NCBI GenBank assembly: GCA_052389315.1
Contig: JBQTIE010000178.1
Coordinates: 5,923 to 69,922, forward strand
Reading direction: 5' to 3'
DNA from: Acidobacteriota bacterium
Lineage (GTDB): Bacteria; Acidobacteriota; Vicinamibacteria; Vicinamibacterales; UBA2999
DNA: 64,000 bases
A program made the position numbers and the translations under genes. Under the pieces are notes generated by a model. It was not told the origin of the DNA, did no database searches, and was given only the letters and a program-made list of their open reading frames with translations. Position 1 is the stretch's first letter, and each line of letters begins with the position of its first letter. Below, piece after piece: positions 40,468 through 49,654 of this stretch.

Positions 40468-41580
40468 TCACCCTCTCGCTGCACATCCCCGCCGCGAAGG
40501 CTCTGGCTCGGATCGACGGAGCCATGCCAGCGGCTCGGATTGAGCGAAGCCGACGAACTCCGGTTCTGGCACCAGCATGATTTGAAACCTGTCCCACACA
40601 GCCTGCTTGATGTCCGCAGCCAAGGCCAGGACATCTGCGGCGCGAGCCCCACCGCAGTTGACGATCGCCTGTGCCTGAAAGGGCGAGACGCCCGCGGGCC
40701 CACGCGTCGAGCCTTTCGCAAACCCCGCGCGCTCGATGAGCCATGCGGCGGGCACTTTGACACGCCGCTCATCGACCGTGTAGCAAGGAACGCCGTCCTC
40801 CAGGCGCCGCAGGTGCTGCAGGTGAGCCGTGGGGATCACAGGGTTGAGAAAAAAGGATCCTACGCTCCGCGACGACTGATTGCCGGGTTCCACGACCATG
40901 CCCTTTCGGCGGCGAATCGAGAGCACGGCCTCCCGGACGTCGACCAGGGTCGGAGCGGCGTTGCCCTGCCGGCTGAGGTGCGCCTGGACATCCGGATAGG
41001 TCACCGTCGCCGGTACGCCAACGGCAAGCGCAAACTCGACGCGGACGATCACGAAGCGATTTCGATCGACCTGCTTGAATCGGCTCGTTCGGTACCCGAA
41101 CCCGCACTCGCCGCCCGACAAGGTCTGCACCTTCCGCGTGTGCCGATCCACGACCTGGACCCGCACTATGGTCGATGACACATCCTGCCCGTAGGCACCG
41201 ACGTTCTGAATGGGGGTGCCTCCGACCTGCCCTGGAATGCCCGACAGGCATTCCAGGCCCGCGCATTGGTCGGCGAGCGTCGCCGCCACGAACTCGTCCC
41301 AGGGTTCGGCGGCCCCGACGGCATAGTGCACCCGGCCGTCCTCGCGGCGCACGTGAACGCCGCGAACATCGATTCGCACAACGACGCCATCGAATCCGTC
41401 GTCAGCAAAGACGACGTTGCTCCCCCCGCCGAGGACGTGAACGGGCGCCCCCCGCGCGCCCGCCCAGCTGAGCGCTCGGCACACCGAGCTCTCGTCGGTC
41501 ACGCGGCAAAACCATCTGGCCGCTCCGCCCACGCCCAGCGTGGACCATCGCGACAACGGCTCGAGACTCGTGATGATCAT
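40468..41580 (-). CDS. murB: UDP-N-acetylenolpyruvoylglucosamine reductase
   Basis: FAD-binding N-domain (WSTLGVGGAARWF, VHVLGGGSNVVF) and a MurB C-domain (GSFFLNP). ATG 41580 overlaps the pxpC stop (ATGA). Confidence 0.9.
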   Translation of the reverse strand: MIITSLEPLSRWSTLGVGGAARWFCRVTDESSVCRALSWAGARGAPVHVLGGGSNVVFADDGFDGVVVRIDVRGVHVRREDGRVHYAVGAAEPWDEFVAATLADQCAGLECLSGIPGQVGGTPIQNVGAYGQDVSSTIVRVQVVDRHTRKVQTLSGGECGFGYRTSRFKQVDRNRFVIVRVEFALAVGVPATVTYPDVQAHLSRQGNAAPTLVDVREAVLSIRRRKGMVVEPGNQSSRSVGSFFLNPVIPTAHLQHLRRLEDGVPCYTVDERRVKVPAAWLIERAGFAKGSTRGPAGVSPFQAQAIVNCGGARAADVLALAADIKQAVWDRFQIMLVPEPEFVGFAQSEPLAWLRRSEPEPSRRGCAARG

Positions 41581-42518
41581 CGGAGTCGGTCGTCCAGGCG
41601 CAGCAGGGGCCGCTCCCGTGCGATCAGGGCGGCGAGGGCGTCCTTCCACGAGCACGCCCCGAACTCGACGAAGTCGCCGGGGGCAAGTTGCCCGGCGATC
41701 GGCCAGTCAGCGGCAATGACGTTGGCGATTTTCGGATAGCCGCCCGCCGTCTGGCGGTCGGCCATGAGCAGGATGGGCTCGCCCGCCGGTGGCACCTGGA
41801 TCGCCCCAAACGGAGTCGGCTCCGAGATCGGTTCGCCAGTCCGTTGACGAGTCAACGGGGGCCCCTCGAGCCGATAGCCCATGCGATTGCCGCGGGGGGA
41901 GACACGGAAGCTCACGCTGGTGAGGGTGGACATCACCGAATCCGCAAACCAATCGGCTTGCGGTCCTGGAAGCACCCGTAGGCGGGCCCGGCCCGCCGAC
42001 GGCAGCGTCAGCGCCGGCGCGCGCCGGCCAACGAGCGCGCACGCGGTTCGCGTGATCGGCAGCTCGTCGCCGGCACAGAGGGCCCTCCCCTCGACACCCC
42101 CCATCGCACTCACCAGCTGCGTTGCGCGGCTGCCCAGCACGGGCAGGGTTTGAAATCCACCGGCGACGGCGAGATAGGCGCGAGCGCCTGCCCGGCGTCT
42201 CCCGAACTCCACCCGCGCGCCAGCCGGGACCTCGACGACCGTTGACAACGGCACCGCCTGTCCGCCGATCAACACGTCGAACTCGGCACCACACACAGCC
42301 ATCAGCGATGGGACGTCGAACTCGAGCTCCGGCCCAATCAGCGTGATCTCGAGGACGGCCGACTCCGGCGGATTGCCCAGCAGCAGGTTGGACAAGCGAT
42401 GCGAGATGGAGTCCATCGGACCAGCCACAGGGACCCCGAGGCCCTGGTAGCCCCATCGCCCCAAGTCCTGAACCGTCGTCAACAGCCCAGGGCGCCTGAC
42501 ACGAACGACACCGCTCAT
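41577..42518 (-). CDS. pxpC: 5-oxoprolinase subunit C / allophanate hydrolase subunit 2 (KipA-like)
   Basis: 313 aa from ATG 42518. VVRVRRPGLLTTVQDLGRWGYQGLGVPVAGPMD, and later GAIQVPPAGEPILLMADRQTAGGYPKIA. Confidence 0.85.
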   Translation of the reverse strand: MSGVVRVRRPGLLTTVQDLGRWGYQGLGVPVAGPMDSISHRLSNLLLGNPPESAVLEITLIGPELEFDVPSLMAVCGAEFDVLIGGQAVPLSTVVEVPAGARVEFGRRRAGARAYLAVAGGFQTLPVLGSRATQLVSAMGGVEGRALCAGDELPITRTACALVGRRAPALTLPSAGRARLRVLPGPQADWFADSVMSTLTSVSFRVSPRGNRMGYRLEGPPLTRQRTGEPISEPTPFGAIQVPPAGEPILLMADRQTAGGYPKIANVIAADWPIAGQLAPGDFVEFGACSWKDALAALIARERPLLRLDDRLR

Positions 42519-43177
42519 GGGTAGGACGCCGGCGGCACGGGAAGGAACCGCACACGATCGCCGGGGTGCAGCAGGCTCGGCTCCGGCCGGGAGAGATCGA
42601 ACATCCGCACATCGGTGCGACCAATCAGCTGCCATCCGCCAGGGGTCGAAATGGGATAGACCCCCGTTTGTTCGCCGGCGATGCCCACCGCACCGGCGGG
42701 CACGCGATCTCGCGGCACGCGATGTCGCGGCGCCGCGATGCGACCGTCAACGCGCCCCAGGTAGGCAAACCCGGGGACGAAGCCGAGCATATAGACTCGG
42801 TAGACCTGGCTCGCGTGGAGCTGGATGACCTCTTCGGGCTCGCAGTCGGCGAACTCCGCGACCGCCTCCAGGTCCGGCCCGTCCTCCCCACCGTAGCGCA
42901 CTGGAATCTCGATCGCCGGCCGTTCCGCGACGCGGAGAACCTCCGGCGGCTGCCCGGCCTCGTCTTCGATGGCGCGCTCCAAGGCGACCAGGTCGGTGAG
43001 CAGCGGGTCGAAGTGGATTCCCAAGCTCGCATACGCCGGCACGATGTCTCTGACCTGCCGGCCGAGCCTGGTCCGCAGCCGATCTCCCAGTCGAATCACC
43101 GCCTCGTTGACCGCCTGATCGATCGCCTGCTCGAACTCGACGAGCAGCATCGTGTCCCCCGAGAGGCGGATGTTCAT
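42515..43177 (-). CDS. pxpB: 5-oxoprolinase subunit B / allophanate hydrolase subunit 1 (KipI-like)
   Basis: 220 aa. YRVYMLGFVPGFAYLG...AGEQTGVYPISTPGGWQLIGRT. ATGA overlaps at both ends. Confidence 0.85.
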   Translation of the reverse strand: MNIRLSGDTMLLVEFEQAIDQAVNEAVIRLGDRLRTRLGRQVRDIVPAYASLGIHFDPLLTDLVALERAIEDEAGQPPEVLRVAERPAIEIPVRYGGEDGPDLEAVAEFADCEPEEVIQLHASQVYRVYMLGFVPGFAYLGRVDGRIAAPRHRVPRDRVPAGAVGIAGEQTGVYPISTPGGWQLIGRTDVRMFDLSRPEPSLLHPGDRVRFLPVPPASYP

Positions 43178-44607
43178 GACAGGGCCGCCAGCAACTTCTG
43201 ATGGATGCCCCCGAAGCCACCGTTGGACATGATGACGACCAGATCGCCGTCGTCCGCCTCGGCCGCCACCACGCGGACGATCGCGTCGACATCCGTCAAG
43301 TGACGGGCCGCCACGCCGCGTCCGCGCAGATCCTGCACGAGGAGGTCCTCGGACAACCGCTCTTCGTCGGCGAGCGTCGATCGAAAGACAGAGGCCAGCA
43401 GCACTTGATCGGCCGCGCCCAGTGCGACCGCGAACGCCTGCTGAAAGACTTTGCGGCAGGAGGAGGCCGACCGCGGCTCGAACACAGCCCAGATGCGACG
43501 GCCGGGCGCGGCCCCCCGCACAGCCGCGAGCGACTCGGCGACGGCGGTGGGGTGGTGAGCGAAATCATCGTAAACGGTGACGCCACGGCCCACGCCGATC
43601 ACCTCGAGCCTGCGCTTGACACCCTGAAACAGCGCAAGTCCGTCGCGCATGGTCTCGAGGGGTACGTCGAATGCATGGCCGATGGCCAGGGCGGCCAAGG
43701 CGTTGCGGACATTGTGCGCGCCGCTGAGGGGCAGGTGGACTCGCCCGCACTCGCGCCCGTCGTGTCGGAGATGGAACGACGTGCCGCCCGTCACCGCCTG
43801 GAGCTGCGTGGCCTGCCAGGTCGCACCTTCCGCGGTGCCGAACGTTTCGACGCGGCTCTGCGCGAGGCTGGCCAGCGCGGCGGCCTCCACGCTATCGAGG
43901 CCAAGCAGGGTGAGGCCGGACCGCGGTACGAGCGCGACGAGCCGGCGAAAGGCGAGCCGCACCGCGTCCAGGTCGGGATAGATGTCGGCGTGGTCGTACT
44001 CGACGTTGTTGACGACGACGATCTCGGGGACGTATTTGAGGAACTTGGCAGTCTTGTCGAAGAAGGCGCTGTCGTACTCGTCGCCCTCGATCACAAACGG
44101 GGCGTCCGCCCGGCCGAGGCGATACGACGATCCCCCCTCGCCTAAATTCTTCGCGATGCCGCCCACGAAGACCGACGGGTCGATCCCACCGTGGGCCAGC
44201 AGCCATCCGGCCAGGGCGGTCGTCGTGGTCTTTCCGTGCGTGCCGGCGATCACGACTGGACGCGCATCCCACAGGAACAGCTCGCGCAGCGCCTCCGGCA
44301 AAGACAGATACCGGATTCGCCGCTCGAGCACGTGCTCGAGTTCGACGTTGCCGCGCGAGACGGCGTTGCCCACCACCACCAGGTTCAGATCCTCAGTGAT
44401 GTGCTCGACGCGATAGCCGTCCAGAAGCGGGATTCCCTCGGAGGCCAAAAACTCGCTCATCGGCGGATAGATGTGTTGATCGGAGCCCTGCACATGATGG
44501 CCCCGACGCCTGAGAAGCGCCGCCAGCGTTCCCATGGCGATGCCGCCCACGCCGATGAGATGCACGCGAGCGCGTCCGGTGTCGACCCCTGGAATGTGAC
44601 TCACCAC
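43174..44607 (-). CDS. mpl: UDP-N-acetylmuramate:L-Ala-gamma-D-Glu-meso-DAP ligase
   Basis: 477 aa Mur-ligase fold. VHLIGVGGIAMGTLAALLRRRGHHVQGSD, AGTHGKTTTTAL and a DDFAHHP C-domain. N-terminal pattern matches Mpl rather than MurC. Confidence 0.85.
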   Translation of the reverse strand: MVSHIPGVDTGRARVHLIGVGGIAMGTLAALLRRRGHHVQGSDQHIYPPMSEFLASEGIPLLDGYRVEHITEDLNLVVVGNAVSRGNVELEHVLERRIRYLSLPEALRELFLWDARPVVIAGTHGKTTTTALAGWLLAHGGIDPSVFVGGIAKNLGEGGSSYRLGRADAPFVIEGDEYDSAFFDKTAKFLKYVPEIVVVNNVEYDHADIYPDLDAVRLAFRRLVALVPRSGLTLLGLDSVEAAALASLAQSRVETFGTAEGATWQATQLQAVTGGTSFHLRHDGRECGRVHLPLSGAHNVRNALAALAIGHAFDVPLETMRDGLALFQGVKRRLEVIGVGRGVTVYDDFAHHPTAVAESLAAVRGAAPGRRIWAVFEPRSASSCRKVFQQAFAVALGAADQVLLASVFRSTLADEERLSEDLLVQDLRGRGVAARHLTDVDAIVRVVAAEADDGDLVVIMSNGGFGGIHQKLLAALS

Positions 44608-44613
44608 GGACAG

Positions 44614-45564
44614 CTACGCCTCGGCAACCGCGGCCTCCTCGATGACGAGGGCCGGCGGCGCACAAATCAGCCGTGCTCGGACGCCGAATGGGAGAGTCCA
44701 CATCGGGCCAACCGAGTGCCCCGAAGGAAAGCCGAAGAGGACGGGCCCGTCGAAATCGTCGGCGAACTCCGTGATGACCTGGCGCACCGTCGGATCGGTC
44801 CCTCCGGGTTCGTCGCACCCCGGGAGCTCTCCGAACACGAGTCCCGCGGCGCGGTCCAGGATGCCTGCCTGCGCCAACTGCGTCAGCATGCGATGCACGC
44901 GATAGGGCCGCTCGTTCACATCCTCGATGAACAACAGGCAACGCTCGGGAGGGTCGAAGGCCCACGGCGTGCCGAGCGACGCGGTCAATTGCGTGAGCGT
45001 GCCTCCCAGCAGCGTGCCCGCGGCTTCGCCTTCGCGAATGACGGACACCCCTGGGGGGGCCTGCACGCCCATGGGCTCGGTGGAGGTCAGCGCCGCGAGG
45101 AACGACGGACGGTGATACCGGCTCTCGCCATGAGCGAGGCGACGCTCCACCATCGGCCCGTGAAAACACACCACGCCGTGTCGAACGTGGCAGCACAGCA
45201 ACGCCGTCAGGTCGCTGTAGCCGACAAACACTTTGCGCCCTCGGCGAATGACCGACGAATCGATCAACGGCAGCACCTGAGAGGTGCCATACCCTCCCCG
45301 TACGGCGACGATCGCGGCAATCGACGGGTCTTGCCAGGCGGCGTCAAGGGCGGCGGCTCGGAGCGCAGGCGCCCCGGCGACGAACCCGCTGCGGGCGAAA
45401 ACCGACTCGTCAAACACCGGGGCGAAGCCGAGCTTGGTCAGCTCGGCCACGCCGGCGTCGAACTCCGCTCTCGCAAAGGGGCTGGCCGGAGCCACCAGTG
45501 CCACGCGATCTCCCGGGCGCAGGCGGCGGGGCTTGAGGAGCATCGGTTGGGTCGACGGCGTCAC
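44614..45564 (-). CDS. ldcA: LD-carboxypeptidase (peptidase S66, muramoyltetrapeptide carboxypeptidase)
   Basis: 316 aa. GDRVALVAPASP, the nucleophile motif VGYSDLTAL and FGFPSGH. GTG 45564 overlaps the nagZ stop (GTGA). An in-frame ATG at 45543 is an alternative start. Confidence 0.85.
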   Translation of the reverse strand: MTPSTQPMLLKPRRLRPGDRVALVAPASPFARAEFDAGVAELTKLGFAPVFDESVFARSGFVAGAPALRAAALDAAWQDPSIAAIVAVRGGYGTSQVLPLIDSSVIRRGRKVFVGYSDLTALLCCHVRHGVVCFHGPMVERRLAHGESRYHRPSFLAALTSTEPMGVQAPPGVSVIREGEAAGTLLGGTLTQLTASLGTPWAFDPPERCLLFIEDVNERPYRVHRMLTQLAQAGILDRAAGLVFGELPGCDEPGGTDPTVRQVITEFADDFDGPVLFGFPSGHSVGPMWTLPFGVRARLICAPPALVIEEAAVAEA

Positions 45565-46643
45565 AGAAACGCGGCCATCTCAGCCGCAATAGCCTGATGC
45601 TCGTCGTGACCGACGACCGCCCGCAATGTCTTGAGCCGCTGGGCGGTGAGCGGCCTCTGGGAGGCCAGAAAGCGCTCCTTGGCCCTGCGCTGCCGGGCCA
45701 GGGCGTCTTGCAGCCGGCGCGCCGGAATGGCGCCCGACTCCGCCGCCTTCACGAGGGCCTCGAGCGTTGCCGCCTGTGCCTCAACGCTCCCACTGCACAC
45801 CAGCACACCGTCGCACCCGGCCCGAATGGCCGCGACCGCGGCCTCTGGCGCCGGCGTTCTGGTGCTGATCGCTTTCATCTCCAGGTCGTCGCTCAGGATC
45901 ACACCGCCGAACCCGAGCTCCTCTCTCAGCAGCTGCTGGACCAGCACTGGTGACAGCGTCGCCGGATGGGAATCGTCGAGCGATGGCACCAGCACGTGCG
46001 CCGTCATGATGAATGCCACGTCTGCACGAACAGCCGCCGCAAAGGGCGCGCATTCGACGGCCCGAAGGCGGTCGGGAGGATGGTCGACGACCGGCAGCTC
46101 GTCGTGTGAGTCGGCGACCGTGTCCCCGTGTCCCGGGAAATGCTTGCCGCACGCCGCCACGCCCTCCTCTTGCATGGCCTTGATGATCACCGCGCCCAGG
46201 CGGGCGACCTCCTCGGCGCTGATGGCGATCGCCCGGTCGCCGATCACGGCATTCTTCGGGTTGGTCTGGACATCGAGGACGGGGGCGAAATCCAAGGTAA
46301 TGCCGACGGCTCGCAGCTCGCGCGCCAGCGCGCGACTGAATCGCGCGGCCAGTTCGTCGGACCCGGCGCGCCCGAGCGTCGCCATCGGCGGCCAGCGCGT
46401 GAATGGCTCTCTCAGCCGCGCGACACGCCCGCCCTCCTGGTCGATGCTCACCCAGGCGGGCATCGAGCGGCCCAGAGCCTCGATGTCGCCGGCCAGTTCC
46501 GCGACCTGCTCAGGCGCCTCGACGTTGCGACTGAAGAGAATGGCGCCGCCCAGGTCGAACTCCCGCGCCAGGGATCGGAACTCCGCCGGGAGATACATGC
46601 CCGGGAAGCTCCCGATGAGAAGGTGTCCGATGTCACGCGCCAT
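45561..46643 (-). CDS. nagZ: beta-N-acetylhexosaminidase (GH3)
   Basis: 360 aa. VSIDQEGGRVARL, DFAPVLDV and KHFPGHGDTVADSH motifs. Confidence 0.9.
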   Translation of the reverse strand: MARDIGHLLIGSFPGMYLPAEFRSLAREFDLGGAILFSRNVEAPEQVAELAGDIEALGRSMPAWVSIDQEGGRVARLREPFTRWPPMATLGRAGSDELAARFSRALARELRAVGITLDFAPVLDVQTNPKNAVIGDRAIAISAEEVARLGAVIIKAMQEEGVAACGKHFPGHGDTVADSHDELPVVDHPPDRLRAVECAPFAAAVRADVAFIMTAHVLVPSLDDSHPATLSPVLVQQLLREELGFGGVILSDDLEMKAISTRTPAPEAAVAAIRAGCDGVLVCSGSVEAQAATLEALVKAAESGAIPARRLQDALARQRRAKERFLASQRPLTAQRLKTLRAVVGHDEHQAIAAEMAAFL

Positions 46644-46676
46644 CAGAGGATGTCCAAGTCGCCTGCCGCTCTCAAA

Positions 46677-46684
46677 ATTATAAT
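46677..46684. promoter_or_regulatory. palindromic ATTATAAT giving a TATAAT -10 box on both strands between nagZ and the GHMP-kinase gene
   Basis: The 41-nt divergent spacer ends in aaaATTATAATgtgcgcGTG. The hexamer reads TATAAT on + (46679-46684) and on - (46682-46677). Confidence 0.45.
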
Positions 46685-47689
46685 GTGCGCGTGACCATTG
46701 TTGCCTCCGCGCCGACCCGCATCGACCTCGCGGGCGGCACGGTGGACATCTGGCCGCTGTACCTGTTCCATCACGGGGCCCAGACCCTGAATACTGCCAT
46801 CAGCCTGCGGGCTCACGTCCGCCTTTCATCGTTTCCGGGTGGCATCGAGATCGTGTCCGAGGACACGGGGCGCCATGTGCGGGCAGAACACGCCGCCGCT
46901 CTGCGTGACGACGCCACGTTGCCGCTGCTCGGCCGGCTGGCAGCCGCCTTCGACGTCCGCGACATCACGATTCGCACGAATTCCGAGGCGCCGGCCGGGG
47001 CTGGTCTCGCCGGCTCCTCGGCGCTGAACGTCGCCCTCTGCGGCGCCCTCGGGCTTTGGACGGGATCGCCCCTCGAGGCCGAACCGTTGCTGACCCTGGC
47101 CATGAACGTCGAGGCGCAGGCCATCAAGGTGCCGACGGGTCTGCAGGATTACCGGCCGGCGCTTCACGGTGGCATCGCCGCCCTCGAACTCGGGCCCGCC
47201 GGACTTCGCCGCGTGCCGCTCGCGGTGGACCCCGTCGAGCTGCATCGACGGCTGGTCCTCTGTTACACGGGCGCTCCGAGAAACTCGGGAACGAACAACT
47301 GGGAGATCATGAAGCGTCATATCGACGGAGACCGTGCGGTCTTCGATTGCTTTGAGCGCATTCGCGACACGGCTCAGCACCTGCGCGCGGCGCTCAAACG
47401 CGGAGACTGGGACGCCACCGCGCGCTATCTCGACGAGGAGTGGCAGAACCGCAAGCGTCTGGCACCGGGCGTGACCACCCCGACGATCGAGGCGCTCATG
47501 GCGCGTGCTCGAGCGGCCGGCGCCCAAGCCGCCAAAATCTGCGGAGCCGGCGGAGGCGGATGCCTCTTCTGCTTCGCCCCACCGGACCGCGTGCCGGCCG
47601 TGCGCGACGCCCTCGCGGCTGGCGGCGCGCTGATCCTCGACTTCACCTTCGAACGCGACGGTCTGCGGGTGAGCCGTGACGCTGGATAA
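46685..47689 (+). CDS. GHMP-family sugar/sugar-phosphate kinase
   Basis: 334 aa. APTRIDLAGGTVDIWPLYLFH N-terminus and the GHMP motif PAGAGLAGSSALNVAL. The real start may be the second in-frame GTG at 46691. Substrate not assignable. Confidence 0.8.
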   Translation: MRVTIVASAPTRIDLAGGTVDIWPLYLFHHGAQTLNTAISLRAHVRLSSFPGGIEIVSEDTGRHVRAEHAAALRDDATLPLLGRLAAAFDVRDITIRTNSEAPAGAGLAGSSALNVALCGALGLWTGSPLEAEPLLTLAMNVEAQAIKVPTGLQDYRPALHGGIAALELGPAGLRRVPLAVDPVELHRRLVLCYTGAPRNSGTNNWEIMKRHIDGDRAVFDCFERIRDTAQHLRAALKRGDWDATARYLDEEWQNRKRLAPGVTTPTIEALMARARAAGAQAAKICGAGGGGCLFCFAPPDRVPAVRDALAAGGALILDFTFERDGLRVSRDAG

Positions 47690-49409
47690 CGCGGCCATCG
47701 CCCGCGTCCTGGCCGACATCGCGGATCTGCTCGAGCTACGCGGCGACAACCCCTTCAAGATTCGCGCGTATCGCAACGCGGCAGACGCCGTCGCCACCAG
47801 CCCCGACCTCGTCGGGGAGCTCGGCGACGAGCGGTTGCGGGCATGGCCCGGGATCGGCAAGGACCTGTCGGCGCGCATTCGTGAGATTGCAACACAGGGC
47901 ACCTGCGCGCTTCATCAGGAGCTGCTCTCCGTCTTCCCGGCGACGCTGCTGGATCTGCTCCGCCTCCAGGGCGTCGGACCTAAAACCGTGGCCTTGCTCC
48001 ACAAGGAGATGAGCATTTCCTCCTTGGAGGACCTCGAGGCTGCGGCACGTCGCGGAGCCCTCCGAACCCTGAAAGGGATGGGGGCACGCAAGGAGCAGCT
48101 CCTGCTCCGCGCTCTCGAGGATCATCGGCAACGGCGCTCTCGCCATCTTCTGGCCGACGCCGTGGACGTCGGCGAACGGGTCGCGGCCTACCTGCGAGAC
48201 CACGTCAGCGACGTGCACGCCGGCCTCGTCGGCAGCGCGCGGCGCGGGGTCGAGACCTGTGGGGACATCGACGTGCTGGCCGTCGGCACCAATCCCGCCG
48301 TGAAGGCCGCGCTCAGCGACTCTCCCCAGGTCGAGCGGGTGCTCGGCCACGGCGAGACCAAGGTCAGCGTCCTGATGCGCGGCGGGTATCAGGTGGACAT
48401 GCGGCTCGTCGCGCCCGAGAGCCGCGGCGCGGCGCTGCAATACTTCACCGGGTCCAAGGCGCACAACATCGCGTTGCGCGATCGGGCCCTCGCCAGGGGC
48501 CTGCGCTTGAACGAATACGGGGTGTTTCGCGCCTCAGACGAAGTCCGGCTTGCCGGCGAGACCGAAGAAGACGTGTACGAGGTGCTCGGCCTTCCGTGGA
48601 TTCCCCCGGAGCTGCGCGAGCAGCGGGGTGAGCTGGCGGCTGCCGAGGCCGCCCAGCTTCCCCGGCTGATCACCGTCGACGACCTGCGTGGCGACCTGCA
48701 CATGCACACCACCGACAGCGACGGGCGGGACAGCCTCGAGCAGATGGTCAATGCCGCGCGCCGCAAGGGCCTTGAGTACATCGCCATCACCGATCACAGC
48801 CAGGCCCTCGCCATGGCCAACGGCCTGGATGAAGCACGCGTGATGGCTCAGGCCGCGCGCATCCGCGCGCTCGACGCCGCCAGCCCCGGCATTCGAGTGC
48901 TTGCCGGCATCGAGTGCGACATCCTCCCGGATGGGACGCTCGATCTCTCGGCCGAGTGCCTGGCATCGCTCGACATTGTCGTCGCGTCGGTCCACTCGGC
49001 GCTACGCCAAGACGAGGCCGACATGACGGCGCGCCTCATTCGCGCGATCGAGCACCCGTCGGTGGACGTCATCGGCCATCCCACGTGCCGTCTTCTGCTC
49101 CGACGAGAGCCGGTTCGTGTCAACCTGGAGCGCGTGTTCGAGGCGGCATCAGCCCACGGCGTGGCCTTCGAAATCAACTCTCAGGTCGACAGGCTCGACC
49201 TGTCGGACGTGGCTGCGCGCTCGGCCCGGGATCACGGTGTCAAGCTGGTGATTTCGAGCGACGCGCATGCGACGGCAGCGCTCTCGCTCACCCGCTGGGG
49301 CGTGCTCGTCGCGCGCCGAGCGTGGGCCACTGCCGGCGACGTCCTCAATGCGTTGCCCTATCCGGCCCTTCGACGTGCGCTGCGCCGCAACGGTCGCCAG
49401 CTGTCATGA
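47676..49409 (+). CDS. polX: family X DNA polymerase with C-terminal PHP domain
   Basis: 577 aa. NPFKIRAYRNAA helix-hairpin-helix, GSARRGVETCGDIDVLAV catalytic Asp pair, PHP motif DLHMHTTDSDG. GTG start overlaps the kinase gene by 14 nt. Confidence 0.9.
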   Translation: MTLDNAAIARVLADIADLLELRGDNPFKIRAYRNAADAVATSPDLVGELGDERLRAWPGIGKDLSARIREIATQGTCALHQELLSVFPATLLDLLRLQGVGPKTVALLHKEMSISSLEDLEAAARRGALRTLKGMGARKEQLLLRALEDHRQRRSRHLLADAVDVGERVAAYLRDHVSDVHAGLVGSARRGVETCGDIDVLAVGTNPAVKAALSDSPQVERVLGHGETKVSVLMRGGYQVDMRLVAPESRGAALQYFTGSKAHNIALRDRALARGLRLNEYGVFRASDEVRLAGETEEDVYEVLGLPWIPPELREQRGELAAAEAAQLPRLITVDDLRGDLHMHTTDSDGRDSLEQMVNAARRKGLEYIAITDHSQALAMANGLDEARVMAQAARIRALDAASPGIRVLAGIECDILPDGTLDLSAECLASLDIVVASVHSALRQDEADMTARLIRAIEHPSVDVIGHPTCRLLLRREPVRVNLERVFEAASAHGVAFEINSQVDRLDLSDVAARSARDHGVKLVISSDAHATAALSLTRWGVLVARRAWATAGDVLNALPYPALRRALRRNGRQLS

Positions 49410-49645
49410 GCGCCGCCCTCGATGAGATTCGGCGGCTGTACTACGTGGCGACGCGGCACACCATAACGCGCGATTTCGACCGGGCCATCGATCTGCTGAA
49501 GTCCATGCCCGGCGAAGCGGACCGCGAGCGCGCGACGGTGTATATGGAGGGTCTGGCGGCCATGCGCGCCGACTGGGGCCTGGCCGGCCCTGCCCGCCGG
49601 CACGCCGCTCGCCGCCCGCGTCGCCCATCGCGCCAGGACTCGTAA
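49406..49645 (+). CDS. hypothetical 79-aa protein, translationally coupled to polX
   Basis: The ATG overlaps the polX TGA (ATGA). Uniformly G/C-ending codons. Predicted helical, with a basic tail RRHAARRPRRPSRQDS. Confidence 0.6.
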   Translation: MSAALDEIRRLYYVATRHTITRDFDRAIDLLKSMPGEADRERATVYMEGLAAMRADWGLAGPARRHAARRPRRPSRQDS

Positions 49646-49654
49646 CGATTGGGT

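Noticed and set aside
40460-40744. N-terminal extensions offered by the ORF track for murA and, similarly, gpsA, padR, coaE, rpsB, rpsI, kdsD, lapB, thrC, murB, pxpC and the TPR-679 gene
   Set aside because: The extensions overlap the upstream gene, encode Arg/Gly-rich junk and precede the conserved family N-termini. Internal starts that abut or overlap the upstream stop codon by 1-8 nt were preferred.
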